A stretch of DNA of 32,000 nt from Candidatus Saccharimonadota bacterium (GTDB lineage Archaea; Nanohalarchaeota; Nanosalinia; Nanosalinales; Nanosalinaceae). The stretch is from contig NZ_CP107255.1 in the NCBI RefSeq assembly GCF_029232205.1, positions 450,001-482,000 of the forward strand. The letters are read 5' to 3'. The notes beneath the pieces are model-generated. The model ran no database searches. It was not told the origin of the DNA and saw nothing but the letters and a program-made list of their open reading frames with translations. The translations under genes and the position numbers were made by a program. Shown piece after piece: positions 17,158-25,274 of the stretch (its first letter is position 1; each line of letters begins with the position of its first letter).

Positions 17158-18291
17158 TTGTTTCCTGTGAAGAAGAAAATCCAGATAGATGATCGAGAGA
17201 TCACAGTGATAGGAACAGCACATGTATCCCAGGAGAGCAAGGAAGAGGTCAAAAATACTATTGAAGAGGTCAGGCCCGACACTGTATGCGTTGAACTGGA
17301 TGAGAATAGGTTGAAATCTCTCAGAGAGGAGTCGGGATGGCGAGAGCTCGATGTAACAGAGGCCATCAGAAACGGTGATGGAAAACTTCTCTTGATGAAC
17401 CTGGTCCTATCAATATATCAGAAACAGATGGGCCTGGAACAGGACATGAAACCGGGAGAAGAACTTCTACAGGCCATTGATACAGCTGAAGAGAAAGGCC
17501 TTAACTATGCTCTAGTAGATCAGGATATCAATATTACATTGAATAGAGCAATGAGCTCGCTTGGCATCTGGGACAAAATAAAACTGATGGCCTCGCTCAT
17601 GGTTTCCTCAGAGGAAATGAGTGTAGAAGAACTGAAAGAAGACAACCTGATCAACGCTCTTGTCGATGAACTTGACGAAGAATTCCCTCAGCTATCCAGA
17701 GTATTCCTGCACGAAAGAAACACGTACATGGCAGAAAAAATACTTGAACAGGACTTTGAAAAGGCCGTTGTAGTTGTAGGAGCAGCACATATGAAAGGCC
17801 TGATAGAAGAACTTGAGAAAGAAAAGAGAGATACCGATTTCCCTGATGTAGAAGGCTTTCCGTGGATGAAAGCTGTAAGCTACGGCATTCCGGCGTTTAT
17901 ACTATTGGGCCTTGGCTACAGTTTCTTCCAGATAGGTTTTTCCACTGGAATTAACGCTACAAAGTTCTGGATTCTGAGTAATGGCATTCTTGCCATGCTT
18001 GGTGCTATAATTGCGCGTTCACATGTTTCTACCTGGATTGTTTCTTTCCTGGCCGCACCTCTAACATCGCTGGATCCTGCGCTCGGTGCTGGAATGGTTG
18101 CTTCGTATGCAGAGGCCAAGCTTCACCCACCTACAGTTGAGGAGCTGGAATCGATCACTGAAGTTACACGTTACAGAGATCTCTGGGGTAATCAGGTTGG
18201 CCGCATCCTGCTTACATTCGGTTTTGTAACGATCGGCAGTGCACTGGCCACGTTTGTCTCAGCAGGGTATATCGCCTCGCTTATTGGGTGA
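17158..18291 (+). CDS. TraB/PrgY/TIKI-like family protein with a C-terminal 4-5 TM domain
   Basis: ITVIGTAHVSQES...VCVELDENR and a second GxxH (VVVGAAHMKGL) match the paired GxxH/E motifs of the TraB/TIKI fold. The start is uncertain (TTG 17158 or GTG 17167; no nearby ATG). Confidence 0.75.
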   Translation: MFPVKKKIQIDDREITVIGTAHVSQESKEEVKNTIEEVRPDTVCVELDENRLKSLREESGWRELDVTEAIRNGDGKLLLMNLVLSIYQKQMGLEQDMKPGEELLQAIDTAEEKGLNYALVDQDINITLNRAMSSLGIWDKIKLMASLMVSSEEMSVEELKEDNLINALVDELDEEFPQLSRVFLHERNTYMAEKILEQDFEKAVVVVGAAHMKGLIEELEKEKRDTDFPDVEGFPWMKAVSYGIPAFILLGLGYSFFQIGFSTGINATKFWILSNGILAMLGAIIARSHVSTWIVSFLAAPLTSLDPALGAGMVASYAEAKLHPPTVEELESITEVTRYRDLWGNQVGRILLTFGFVTIGSALATFVSAGYIASLIG

Positions 18292-18323
18292 GGTTTTAAT
18301 GAGTCCAGCCCGTAAAGACTCTC

Positions 18324-18848
18324 ATGTCAGAAGAAATAGGCCGTCACAAGGGAACAGTTGAAACACTTCTACACGAGAAGAAAGAGCTTTCCAGAATTCT
18401 ACAGATAGTGGACTCTCAACTTGAGAGACATCTTTCCGCACTGGAAGAGAAAGGAGTGGACACAGACCAGTTCATAAATCAGATACAACAGCAAAGCCAG
18501 CAGAGACAGCAAAAGGCCCAGCAACAAAGCAAAGAAAGAAGCTCACAGAGAAGCCAGGGAAACTCCGGTAGAGGCCAGAGATCTGGAGGAAGCTCTCAGA
18601 ACTCAGGAAGATCACGGAACAGGTCATCTAACTCAGGTAATTCCGGCAATTCCAGAAATTCCAGCGGTAGAAGAAGTTCAGGCCGAAGAAACAGTTCCGG
18701 AAACAGCCAGAGAAACAGAAACAATAGGAGTAGCGGAAGAGGCCGATCACAGGATAATCAGGAAGAAGACGATAGAGACATGGATGACTTCTTTGAGGAT
18801 GAAGAAGAGCAGAGCGACTCAAACAGGAAGGACTTCAACCCTCTATAA
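18324..18848 (+). CDS. protein with an N-terminal coiled coil, a long Gln then Arg/Ser/Gly/Asn-rich disordered region, and an acidic C-terminal tip
   Basis: The ORF has an ATG start. It has about 18 Arg and no acidic residue across a roughly 70-75-aa stretch (RSSQRSQGNSGRGQRSGG...SSGRGRSQ), then DDRDMDDFFEDEEEQSD. The underlying DNA is imperfectly repetitive. Confidence 0.6.
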   Translation: MSEEIGRHKGTVETLLHEKKELSRILQIVDSQLERHLSALEEKGVDTDQFINQIQQQSQQRQQKAQQQSKERSSQRSQGNSGRGQRSGGSSQNSGRSRNRSSNSGNSGNSRNSSGRRSSGRRNSSGNSQRNRNNRSSGRGRSQDNQEEDDRDMDDFFEDEEEQSDSNRKDFNPL

Positions 18849-18851
18849 AAA

Positions 18852-19478
18852 CTACATCATCCATTTTTCTTCCCATCTTCTAATCCTATCTCTCCACTCC
18901 TCTTCTTCTAGATCATTTTCAGAATCTTCCTGCGCCCGTTCCTCACTATTCCTAAGGTACAGGCCTACAGCAGCACCTGCAAACATTCCAAAAAGATGAG
19001 CCTCGTACGCCACATTGTTCTCCGCCCCAAGACCTAGCAAATTCAACGCAATATAGCCCAAAAGCACAACCCACATCGGCGCTGGAACACCAAAAACAAG
19101 ACCGATCTTGTTAGGCCTGTAAACAGCCAGCGCTGCCAGAATTCCAACTGCACCACCAGAGGCCCCGATAATAACCGAGTTAGGGAAGAAAATAAAGGCC
19201 GTAAGATTTCCAACCAGTGCAGAAATAAGGAAGGTTCCCATCAAAGTTTTTTCATCAGTCATCAACTCATAGATGCTGCCAAATAGAGCGATAAAGAAAA
19301 TATTGTTGAACAAGTGCTCAGGCCCTGAATGGCCTAGGAAGGATGTGAAGAACTTCCACAAAGGAGATACGCCGGCCTGAAATCCTGGCTGCCAACCGTA
19401 AACTGTCTGACCTAGAAATACCAGTGCAAGAAAGAACGAAAAAATCAAGGCCGTGAATCTGAACTGTCTGTCTTTCAT
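18852..19478 (-). CDS. rhomboid-family intramembrane serine protease
   Basis: EHLFNN (H..N), GASGG catalytic serine motif (IIGASGGAVGILAA) and AHLFGMFAG catalytic His, in a ~6-TM protein. Confidence 0.85.
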   Translation of the reverse strand: MKDRQFRFTALIFSFFLALVFLGQTVYGWQPGFQAGVSPLWKFFTSFLGHSGPEHLFNNIFFIALFGSIYELMTDEKTLMGTFLISALVGNLTAFIFFPNSVIIGASGGAVGILAALAVYRPNKIGLVFGVPAPMWVVLLGYIALNLLGLGAENNVAYEAHLFGMFAGAAVGLYLRNSEERAQEDSENDLEEEEWRDRIRRWEEKWMM

Positions 19479-20083
19479 TGTACTGGTTCTGCGAGCACCC
19501 AGAAATGGGTTTCCTCTCGGTAATCCTCGGTGTAGGTTGTTATTATTTCGAATCCGGCCTTTTCAAGCAGTTCGACATTCTTTTCAGCGGAGTAAGAGCT
19601 CCATACCATTTCCTGGCCTCCGATCTCTCCCTCAAAATCATCCATCTCATCAGGGCCTAGAGTGATTAAAATAGCTCCCTCATCACTAATCCATTCTCTA
19701 ATCTTCTTGAAGAGATCAAAATGCTCTTCACGCGGAATATGGAAGATAGCATAAAAGCTGACTACTGCATCAAAAGAATTTTCCCCGAAATCATTTTCAA
19801 AGAAGTCTCCCTGCAGAAAATCAGCTTCAGGAACATTTTCACGCGCCATCTCTACATGTTTCTCAGAGATGTCAACGCCTGTGACTTGATGATCTTTCTC
19901 TACAAGAAAACGGTCGAAAGGAAGGCCTGTACCACATCCAAGATCCAGAATCTTGGACTCTGAAGGAATACCGTCAAAAAGGCTCTCCATCAGCTCTCTT
20001 TCCTTCTCTCTGACCTCTCGGCCTTCGCGATAATCGCCTTCATAGTCGCCCTTGTCGTAGCCTTCCTTTACCTTGTCTCTCAT
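19475..20083 (-). CDS. class I SAM-dependent methyltransferase
   Basis: Motif I ILDLGCGTGLP, followed by VTGVDISE and an acidic loop (DAVVSFYAIFH). ATGA overlaps at both ends (20080-20083 and 19475-19478). Confidence 0.8.
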   Translation of the reverse strand: MRDKVKEGYDKGDYEGDYREGREVREKERELMESLFDGIPSESKILDLGCGTGLPFDRFLVEKDHQVTGVDISEKHVEMARENVPEADFLQGDFFENDFGENSFDAVVSFYAIFHIPREEHFDLFKKIREWISDEGAILITLGPDEMDDFEGEIGGQEMVWSSYSAEKNVELLEKAGFEIITTYTEDYREETHFWVLAEPVQ

Positions 20084-21684
20084 TCCTCTAGCTGCCTCAA
20101 AATTTCAGCAGTATCCTCTACCCCGATTGACATGATCAGTCGGGAAAGTCGAGGCCCCTGCTCACGTGAAAGAAGGGTTTTGTAGGCTGCAGTGAAGAAC
20201 TCGCCGGTTCCCAGCGCCGAATCCTCTTTAACATCGAAGATCTTACCGTCAAGATCATCCTGATCCTTGAAATCAGTGGATTCCAGCTTATCAGCAAGCA
20301 GAACCATGGCCTCCTTCTCATCCTCGCTTAGATTATCTCTTATCTCGTGTGTGATTTCTTTATTGATCTCATAGACATAGTCTTCTGGAGCGTAGTCGCG
20401 AGCCCAGTTCTTCGCTCTTTCAAGTCTTTCCAGCACTCTCTCCGCATTTCTCTCGGAGATATCCTCTGGAATATGGCCTGTACGTTTCAAGGATTCAAGG
20501 CCTTTCTCCTCCCACTCTTCTTCAGGTACTGTCTGCGCGATGAAGGCTGCGTGCTGGAAAGGAACTCTTACAGGCTGTTCTTCAGGAATATCGACCATTG
20601 CAATCTCGTAAACTCTCTTCCAGTGTTCTCTCTTTCTATCGTTCTCGACTTCTTCAGGATTGAAGTAAGCGTTCTCAACCTTGTCGAAGTTATCATATCT
20701 TTGGAAGATGTCTTCTGACTGGAAAGGAATCTCGAAGGCCTTGCTTGGCTTCGTATTGGAGAACAGGAATCTGATGATCTCCGGAGAATAAACCTCTTTC
20801 AGTGTGGAAACCGTAAATACGTTTTCTCCTGATGAGGAGGAGATCTTGGCGCCATCTTTTGTAACAAATTCGTACATCTGGTGGACAGGTACATGGCCGT
20901 CAAATACTTCCTGAACAATCTCGTTAGCGGTGTCTCTTGATCCTCCTGAGGCTGAGTGCTCTTTACCAGCAGGCTCAAAGTCAACTCCTTCGTATTTCCA
21001 TCTCATAGGCCAGTCAACTCTCCATGGTGGCTTAACATTTCCTTTCTCCTTGAAGTTAAGCTCTCTTTCCTCTTCACATTCCTCACAGTAGTAGGTAACG
21101 GTGTATTCCCCGTCGTAATCTCGTACTTCTGTGAAGTCTTTCTCACATTCTGTACAGTAAACTCTCAGAGGATAGTAAGGTTCTTCGAGAGGTTCTCTTC
21201 GGTATTTGTCAAGTATTTCTTTGATTTTATCACGGTGCTGAAGGCCTTTCTTGATTAGATCGGCGTACTCTGCTCTCTCAAACATTTCGCTCTGTCTGAT
21301 GAACTCAATGTCCATATGCATTCCTTCAAGCTCTTCCTCAAGTCGAGACTCGAAGTGATCTGCGTAACTGTCGTGGCAGCCCTCTGGGTCTGGTACCTTG
21401 CTGAGTGGAAGGCCTAAGTACTGTTCGAAGTCGTCAGGTACGTTGGCTGGAACCTTTCTGAAACGATCGTAGTCGTCCCATGAGTAAATGAATCGGACGT
21501 TTTCCCCATAGTTCTTCAGTGACTTGACAACGAAGTCTGTAGTAATTATTTCACGGAAGTTACCTGCGTGCACGAGGCCTGAAGGAGAAATTCCCGATGC
21601 ACACACATATTCTTCCTGATCTTCAAATTTTTTCCTGACTCCGAAAGCCAGTTGATCGCTCCAAAATAGCGGTTGATCACTCAC
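20080..21684 (-). CDS. lysK: lysine--tRNA ligase, class I (archaeal type)
   Basis: ASGISPSGLVHAGNFRE (HIGH-like HAGN), a KMSKS-like GAKISSSSGE, and the overall length and order of class I LysRS. The start is GTG at 21684. Confidence 0.9.
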   Translation of the reverse strand: MSDQPLFWSDQLAFGVRKKFEDQEEYVCASGISPSGLVHAGNFREIITTDFVVKSLKNYGENVRFIYSWDDYDRFRKVPANVPDDFEQYLGLPLSKVPDPEGCHDSYADHFESRLEEELEGMHMDIEFIRQSEMFERAEYADLIKKGLQHRDKIKEILDKYRREPLEEPYYPLRVYCTECEKDFTEVRDYDGEYTVTYYCEECEEERELNFKEKGNVKPPWRVDWPMRWKYEGVDFEPAGKEHSASGGSRDTANEIVQEVFDGHVPVHQMYEFVTKDGAKISSSSGENVFTVSTLKEVYSPEIIRFLFSNTKPSKAFEIPFQSEDIFQRYDNFDKVENAYFNPEEVENDRKREHWKRVYEIAMVDIPEEQPVRVPFQHAAFIAQTVPEEEWEEKGLESLKRTGHIPEDISERNAERVLERLERAKNWARDYAPEDYVYEINKEITHEIRDNLSEDEKEAMVLLADKLESTDFKDQDDLDGKIFDVKEDSALGTGEFFTAAYKTLLSREQGPRLSRLIMSIGVEDTAEILRQLEE

Positions 21685-21758
21685 TGCAGATCACCGTTAT
21701 TTTGTTCGAAGAAATTTGATCCTAAATTTCGGCTCCAGAATAAAGGCTGCTCGCTCAT
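21681..21758 (-). other. 25-codon upstream ORF (MSEQPLFWSRNLGSNFFEQNNGDLQ) duplicating the lysK N-terminus
   Basis: Hand translation. Its ATG at 21758 lies about 27 nt downstream of TATAAAAA (complement of 21781..21788). Its TGA stop overlaps the lysK GTG (GTGA). Codons 1-9 parallel lysK codons 1-9. Confidence 0.4.
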
Positions 21759-21780
21759 GAAGGCCTTTTATCTACAGAAT

Positions 21781-21788
21781 TTTTTATA
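21781..21788 (-). promoter_or_regulatory. TATA box (TATAAAAA on the - strand) positioned for a leaderless transcript starting at the uORF ATG 21758
   Basis: Read directly from the sequence. A second TATA-like TTTTTAAG (21811..21818) faces the + strand about 28 nt before ATG 21842. Confidence 0.5.
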
Positions 21789-21841
21789 CCGCTCGATCCT
21801 CAAGCACCAATTTTTAAGCATCCAACCCTTCAAGAAGATAC

Positions 21842-23041
21842 ATGATTGCAGGACTTGAACCACGAGTAATTTTCTCAATAATTTTCCTAGCTGCACTAGC
21901 AGCATTCCTCTGGTACGACAGAAACCAGATACAGAGAGTCTCAATACTTTTCTACAGAAGAACAAAACACGGAATAGACCTGATAGATAGAATAGCCAAG
22001 AAATCACCGCGCTTCTGGAACATATACGGCTGGGCAGGAGTAGCCACAGGCCTAATCAGCATGCCTGCAATCCTCTTCCTGGCAGGATCCGGAATCGCAA
22101 ACCTCTTCAGCAATCCATCCGCAGGAGGAGGCCCAGCACTAATCGCACCAGGCCTCTCAGGAGAAACCACTTTCCAATCAGGAATCTCCTTCATACCTGT
22201 AGAGTACTGGCTTATCTCGATTATGGTGCTCATGGTTGTACACGAGTTCAGCCATGGAATAGTTGCAAGAGCTCAGGACTTCGAACTTAACTCGGTTGGA
22301 TGGCTGATCATGGGAGTAATCCCTGGCGCATTCGTTGAGCCAAAGGGAGAAAACATGCTTCCGGGCGGAGATGAAGATATGGAAGAAGTAAAGGAAAACG
22401 GCGGAATGTGGGACCAAGGAACCTGGACACAGCGACTTAAAGTCCTCTGCGCAGGAAGCTTCGCAAACTATGTCACCGCAGCAGTATTCTTCCTACTGGC
22501 CACAGCAACAGTAATGGGTACAACAATGACTGTAGAGTCAGGATACATAGGGATCCAGACACAGCCATCGGAGCAAGGCCTCCAGTACCAGGCCGTTGAA
22601 GGATTCCCGGCTTACGAGGCTGGAATGAGAAATGGCACTCTGCAATCGATAAACGGCACTGAGGTTAGCAGTGTTGAAGATCTCAGAAACTTCTCCAACA
22701 ACCTGAAGCCTAACCAGACGCTGCAGATAGAGACCAGCGAAGGCGACTTCACGGTTGAGACAATAGAATACGAATACAGAGAGTTCAAGGCCTCAGTTCT
22801 TCCATACGCTGCAGGAATGCTATGGTTCATCAGCCTGTTGAACATGGTAGCATACCTGAACTTCGTGGTAGGATTCTTCAACATGCTGCCAGCTAAACCT
22901 CTTGACGGAGGCCAGGTAGTAGACGCATTCCTCGAAAGATTCTACCCAGATGGCAGAGGCCTTCTAAACTACTGGTCTCTACTGGTCTGGCTACTGCTCC
23001 TGGGATCACTGGCCCTGGGAATATCAGTATCGGTACTCTAA
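21842..23041 (+). CDS. site-2 protease (M50 family) zinc metalloprotease with a PDZ domain
   Basis: HEFSH (HExxH in a TM helix), a distal NMLPAKPLDGG (NxxPxxxLDG) motif, and a PDZ-like insert (EAGMRNGTLQSINGTEVSSVEDL). Confidence 0.85.
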   Translation: MIAGLEPRVIFSIIFLAALAAFLWYDRNQIQRVSILFYRRTKHGIDLIDRIAKKSPRFWNIYGWAGVATGLISMPAILFLAGSGIANLFSNPSAGGGPALIAPGLSGETTFQSGISFIPVEYWLISIMVLMVVHEFSHGIVARAQDFELNSVGWLIMGVIPGAFVEPKGENMLPGGDEDMEEVKENGGMWDQGTWTQRLKVLCAGSFANYVTAAVFFLLATATVMGTTMTVESGYIGIQTQPSEQGLQYQAVEGFPAYEAGMRNGTLQSINGTEVSSVEDLRNFSNNLKPNQTLQIETSEGDFTVETIEYEYREFKASVLPYAAGMLWFISLLNMVAYLNFVVGFFNMLPAKPLDGGQVVDAFLERFYPDGRGLLNYWSLLVWLLLLGSLALGISVSVL

Positions 23042-23069
23042 AATACCTCTCCTCCCCTTCTTTTTCTTG

Positions 23070-23456
23070 ATGAGCTACGAATACGAAGCAGGTTCCTGCA
23101 ACATCAACAGGTACCAGCAAAAAAGAAGATATCTTGCATCAGTAATAGGATTTGCAGCTGCTGGAACAGTAGCACTATTCTCTTACAGCTTTCAGCTACA
23201 TCCTCTAATGACTCTGGCAGTATTCATCGCTACAATGGTAGGATTCGAAGGTCTATACCAGGGAAGATTCAGCTTTTGCACAGGATTCGCCTCCAAAGGA
23301 ATCAGAAGCAAAGGAGAGGAAGCAGAAACAGAAGAAGTCCCCGAAGAACAACTTGAAGAAGACAGAGAAATGGCCCGCAGAATACACTACTACTCACTAC
23401 TGTCCTCAGCATTCGTTACAGCGCTGTTCTACACAGTAACCTATGCAGTCAACTAA
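23070..23456 (+). CDS. small membrane protein (3 TM), possibly DUF2892/YgaP-like
   Basis: Hydrophobic segments with an N-terminal CNINRYQQKRR and a later FSFCTGF, loosely like DUF2892. The ATG at 23070 is preferred to the TTG at 23067. Confidence 0.45.
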   Translation: MSYEYEAGSCNINRYQQKRRYLASVIGFAAAGTVALFSYSFQLHPLMTLAVFIATMVGFEGLYQGRFSFCTGFASKGIRSKGEEAETEEVPEEQLEEDREMARRIHYYSLLSSAFVTALFYTVTYAVN

Positions 23457-23470
23457 AAAACTCATTTACT

Positions 23471-24871
23471 TTACTCTTCTTTCTCAAAGGCCTTCTTCAC
23501 ATCCTCTTCAACTTTCTCAACTTCCTCCTCAATCTCCCTTTCTTCTTTCTCAACATCTCGTTCGATCTCCTCAACCTCCTCTTCAATCTCATCTCTCTCA
23601 AAATAAAAGAACTCGGCAACGAATACAACCGCAAAAATACCTCCAATGTAGTACAGCATATGCTGATTAGTCCTGAAAAGATGCACAATCAACAGTACAA
23701 GTGCAGATAAAGACCCGAGCAAGCCAAAGGCCGGCACCCAGCCATTATTCCTTGATTCTCTATCCTTCAGACAGATGAAGTTCACAATGGCAAATATGCT
23801 GATGAAGGCCACAGATGCGAAGGTTGTAACTTCTTCAAGAGAGCCCAGAAAAGTAAATAATGCAGTAAGGCCTCCAACCACGGCAATGCTATGGGTGGGT
23901 ACTCCCTTCGAGTTTCGGAATGAGAAAAGATCTGGTAGTTCGTTGTCACTTGCAATCCTGTAAGTCAGACGTGAAGTACCGAACAAGGTGGCGTTGATAG
24001 CTGACGCAGTGGAGAAAAGAGCCGCAACTGAAACAAGTAGTACGCTGCCTGTCTGCAGGAAGTAATTATGGAAAATCTGGGAGGAGGCAAAGGCCAGAGC
24101 AGTCTCTTTATGAACAGCAATCTGCTCAGCAGTCATCAAGTTGGTAGTAACAAGAGCAACAAGAACATAGATCAAAGTAGAGGCAATAACCGAGATATAG
24201 GCCGCTTTCTTCAGCGTATCGTGGCCTCCTTCAATCTCGGAATACTCGTAGGTAAGCAACTGAAAACCCTCAAAAGAAACAAAAATAGCTCCAACAGCAA
24301 AGATCGGTGATAGAAATCCGTGCTGCAAAACACCTTCCGCGAAAAACGTCAGCTCAGGCCTCTGAAAAATCATGTACAGCCCGGAGATGGAGAAAAGGCC
24401 TAGGATACAGATCTTGGCATATACAAGCAGATCTTCTGAACTGCCAGCCTTCGAAGGACCCAGAAAGTTAACAAGCACAAACAATCCGATAATTCCAACA
24501 GATAGAACAGGCCTCAAAAGTTCTGAAGTAAAGGGAAGAGCGTTAGCGGCAAATGAACCAAAAGCATAGGAGTACATGGCCATAGTCCCGATATATCCAA
24601 CTACAAGAATCCAGCCAACCATTCCAGCGATATTCTTATTGTCAACGTAATGCTCGAGAAAAGTAAAAGATCCTCCTTCATCCTCAAGGTGCGATGTCAT
24701 GTTAACATACGAGTAAGCAGATGCTAGGGCCACAAAACCAGCCAAAAGATACGCAATAAAGGCAGCATCACCTGCAATCGAGGCCGCAACACCAAGTGCC
24801 GCGAAAATACCACCGCCAATAATTCCTCCGATACCCATCGCAACTGATTCCTTAAGACCCAGATCGCTCAT
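23471..24871 (-). CDS. APC-superfamily amino acid/polyamine transporter with an acidic repetitive C-terminal tail
   Basis: About 12 TM. The N-terminal GIGGIIGGGIFAALG motif is typical of APC permeases. The C-terminal ~45 aa is E/V/I/K repeats (EIEEEVEEIERDVEKEEREIEEEVEKVEEDV). Confidence 0.8.
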   Translation of the reverse strand: MSDLGLKESVAMGIGGIIGGGIFAALGVAASIAGDAAFIAYLLAGFVALASAYSYVNMTSHLEDEGGSFTFLEHYVDNKNIAGMVGWILVVGYIGTMAMYSYAFGSFAANALPFTSELLRPVLSVGIIGLFVLVNFLGPSKAGSSEDLLVYAKICILGLFSISGLYMIFQRPELTFFAEGVLQHGFLSPIFAVGAIFVSFEGFQLLTYEYSEIEGGHDTLKKAAYISVIASTLIYVLVALVTTNLMTAEQIAVHKETALAFASSQIFHNYFLQTGSVLLVSVAALFSTASAINATLFGTSRLTYRIASDNELPDLFSFRNSKGVPTHSIAVVGGLTALFTFLGSLEEVTTFASVAFISIFAIVNFICLKDRESRNNGWVPAFGLLGSLSALVLLIVHLFRTNQHMLYYIGGIFAVVFVAEFFYFERDEIEEEVEEIERDVEKEEREIEEEVEKVEEDVKKAFEKEE

Positions 24872-24944
24872 AAAAACAAAAGAGAACTCTCTAGAACTTA
24901 AACTCTTCCAAACCTATTTGTAACTTTAACCGGCTTCAATCAGT

Positions 24945-25250
24945 ATGACACACAAAATAGAAGTTGTCGACCGCGACGAAGAAGTAGAAGCAGAAGACGG
25001 CCAATCAATACTGCAGGCCCTGCTACACGGAGGAGTAGAATGGATGCACGCATGTGGAGGATTCTGCAACTGCACCACCTGCCGAGTCAAGATAGAGGAA
25101 GGCATGGAAAACGTCAGCGAAATGCAGGAAGACGAAAAAAACACTCTAAGAAGATTCCAGGGAGAAGAAGTACTGGAAGGACCCTTCCGCCTCTCATGCC
25201 AGGTCAAAGTACACGGCGACATCAAAATCTCGGAACCAGAATGGTACTAA
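24945..25250 (+). CDS. [2Fe-2S] ferredoxin (adrenodoxin/ISC-type cysteine spacing)
   Basis: Cys pattern C-x5-C-x2-C-x36-C (ACGGFCNCTTC ... RLSCQV) in a ~100-aa acidic protein. Confidence 0.85.
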   Translation: MTHKIEVVDRDEEVEAEDGQSILQALLHGGVEWMHACGGFCNCTTCRVKIEEGMENVSEMQEDEKNTLRRFQGEEVLEGPFRLSCQVKVHGDIKISEPEWY

Positions 25251-25274
25251 TGAACAAATCTCTGTGATCCCAGG

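Noticed and set aside
18590-18740. Short imperfect DNA repeats (AATTCCGGCAATTCCAGAAATTCCAGCGG, CAGAAACAGAAACAA) that could be mistaken for a tandem-repeat or CRISPR-like locus
   Set aside because: The units are under 12 nt, irregular and have no spacers. They lie in frame inside an ORF and encode the Ser/Arg/Asn/Gly tract.
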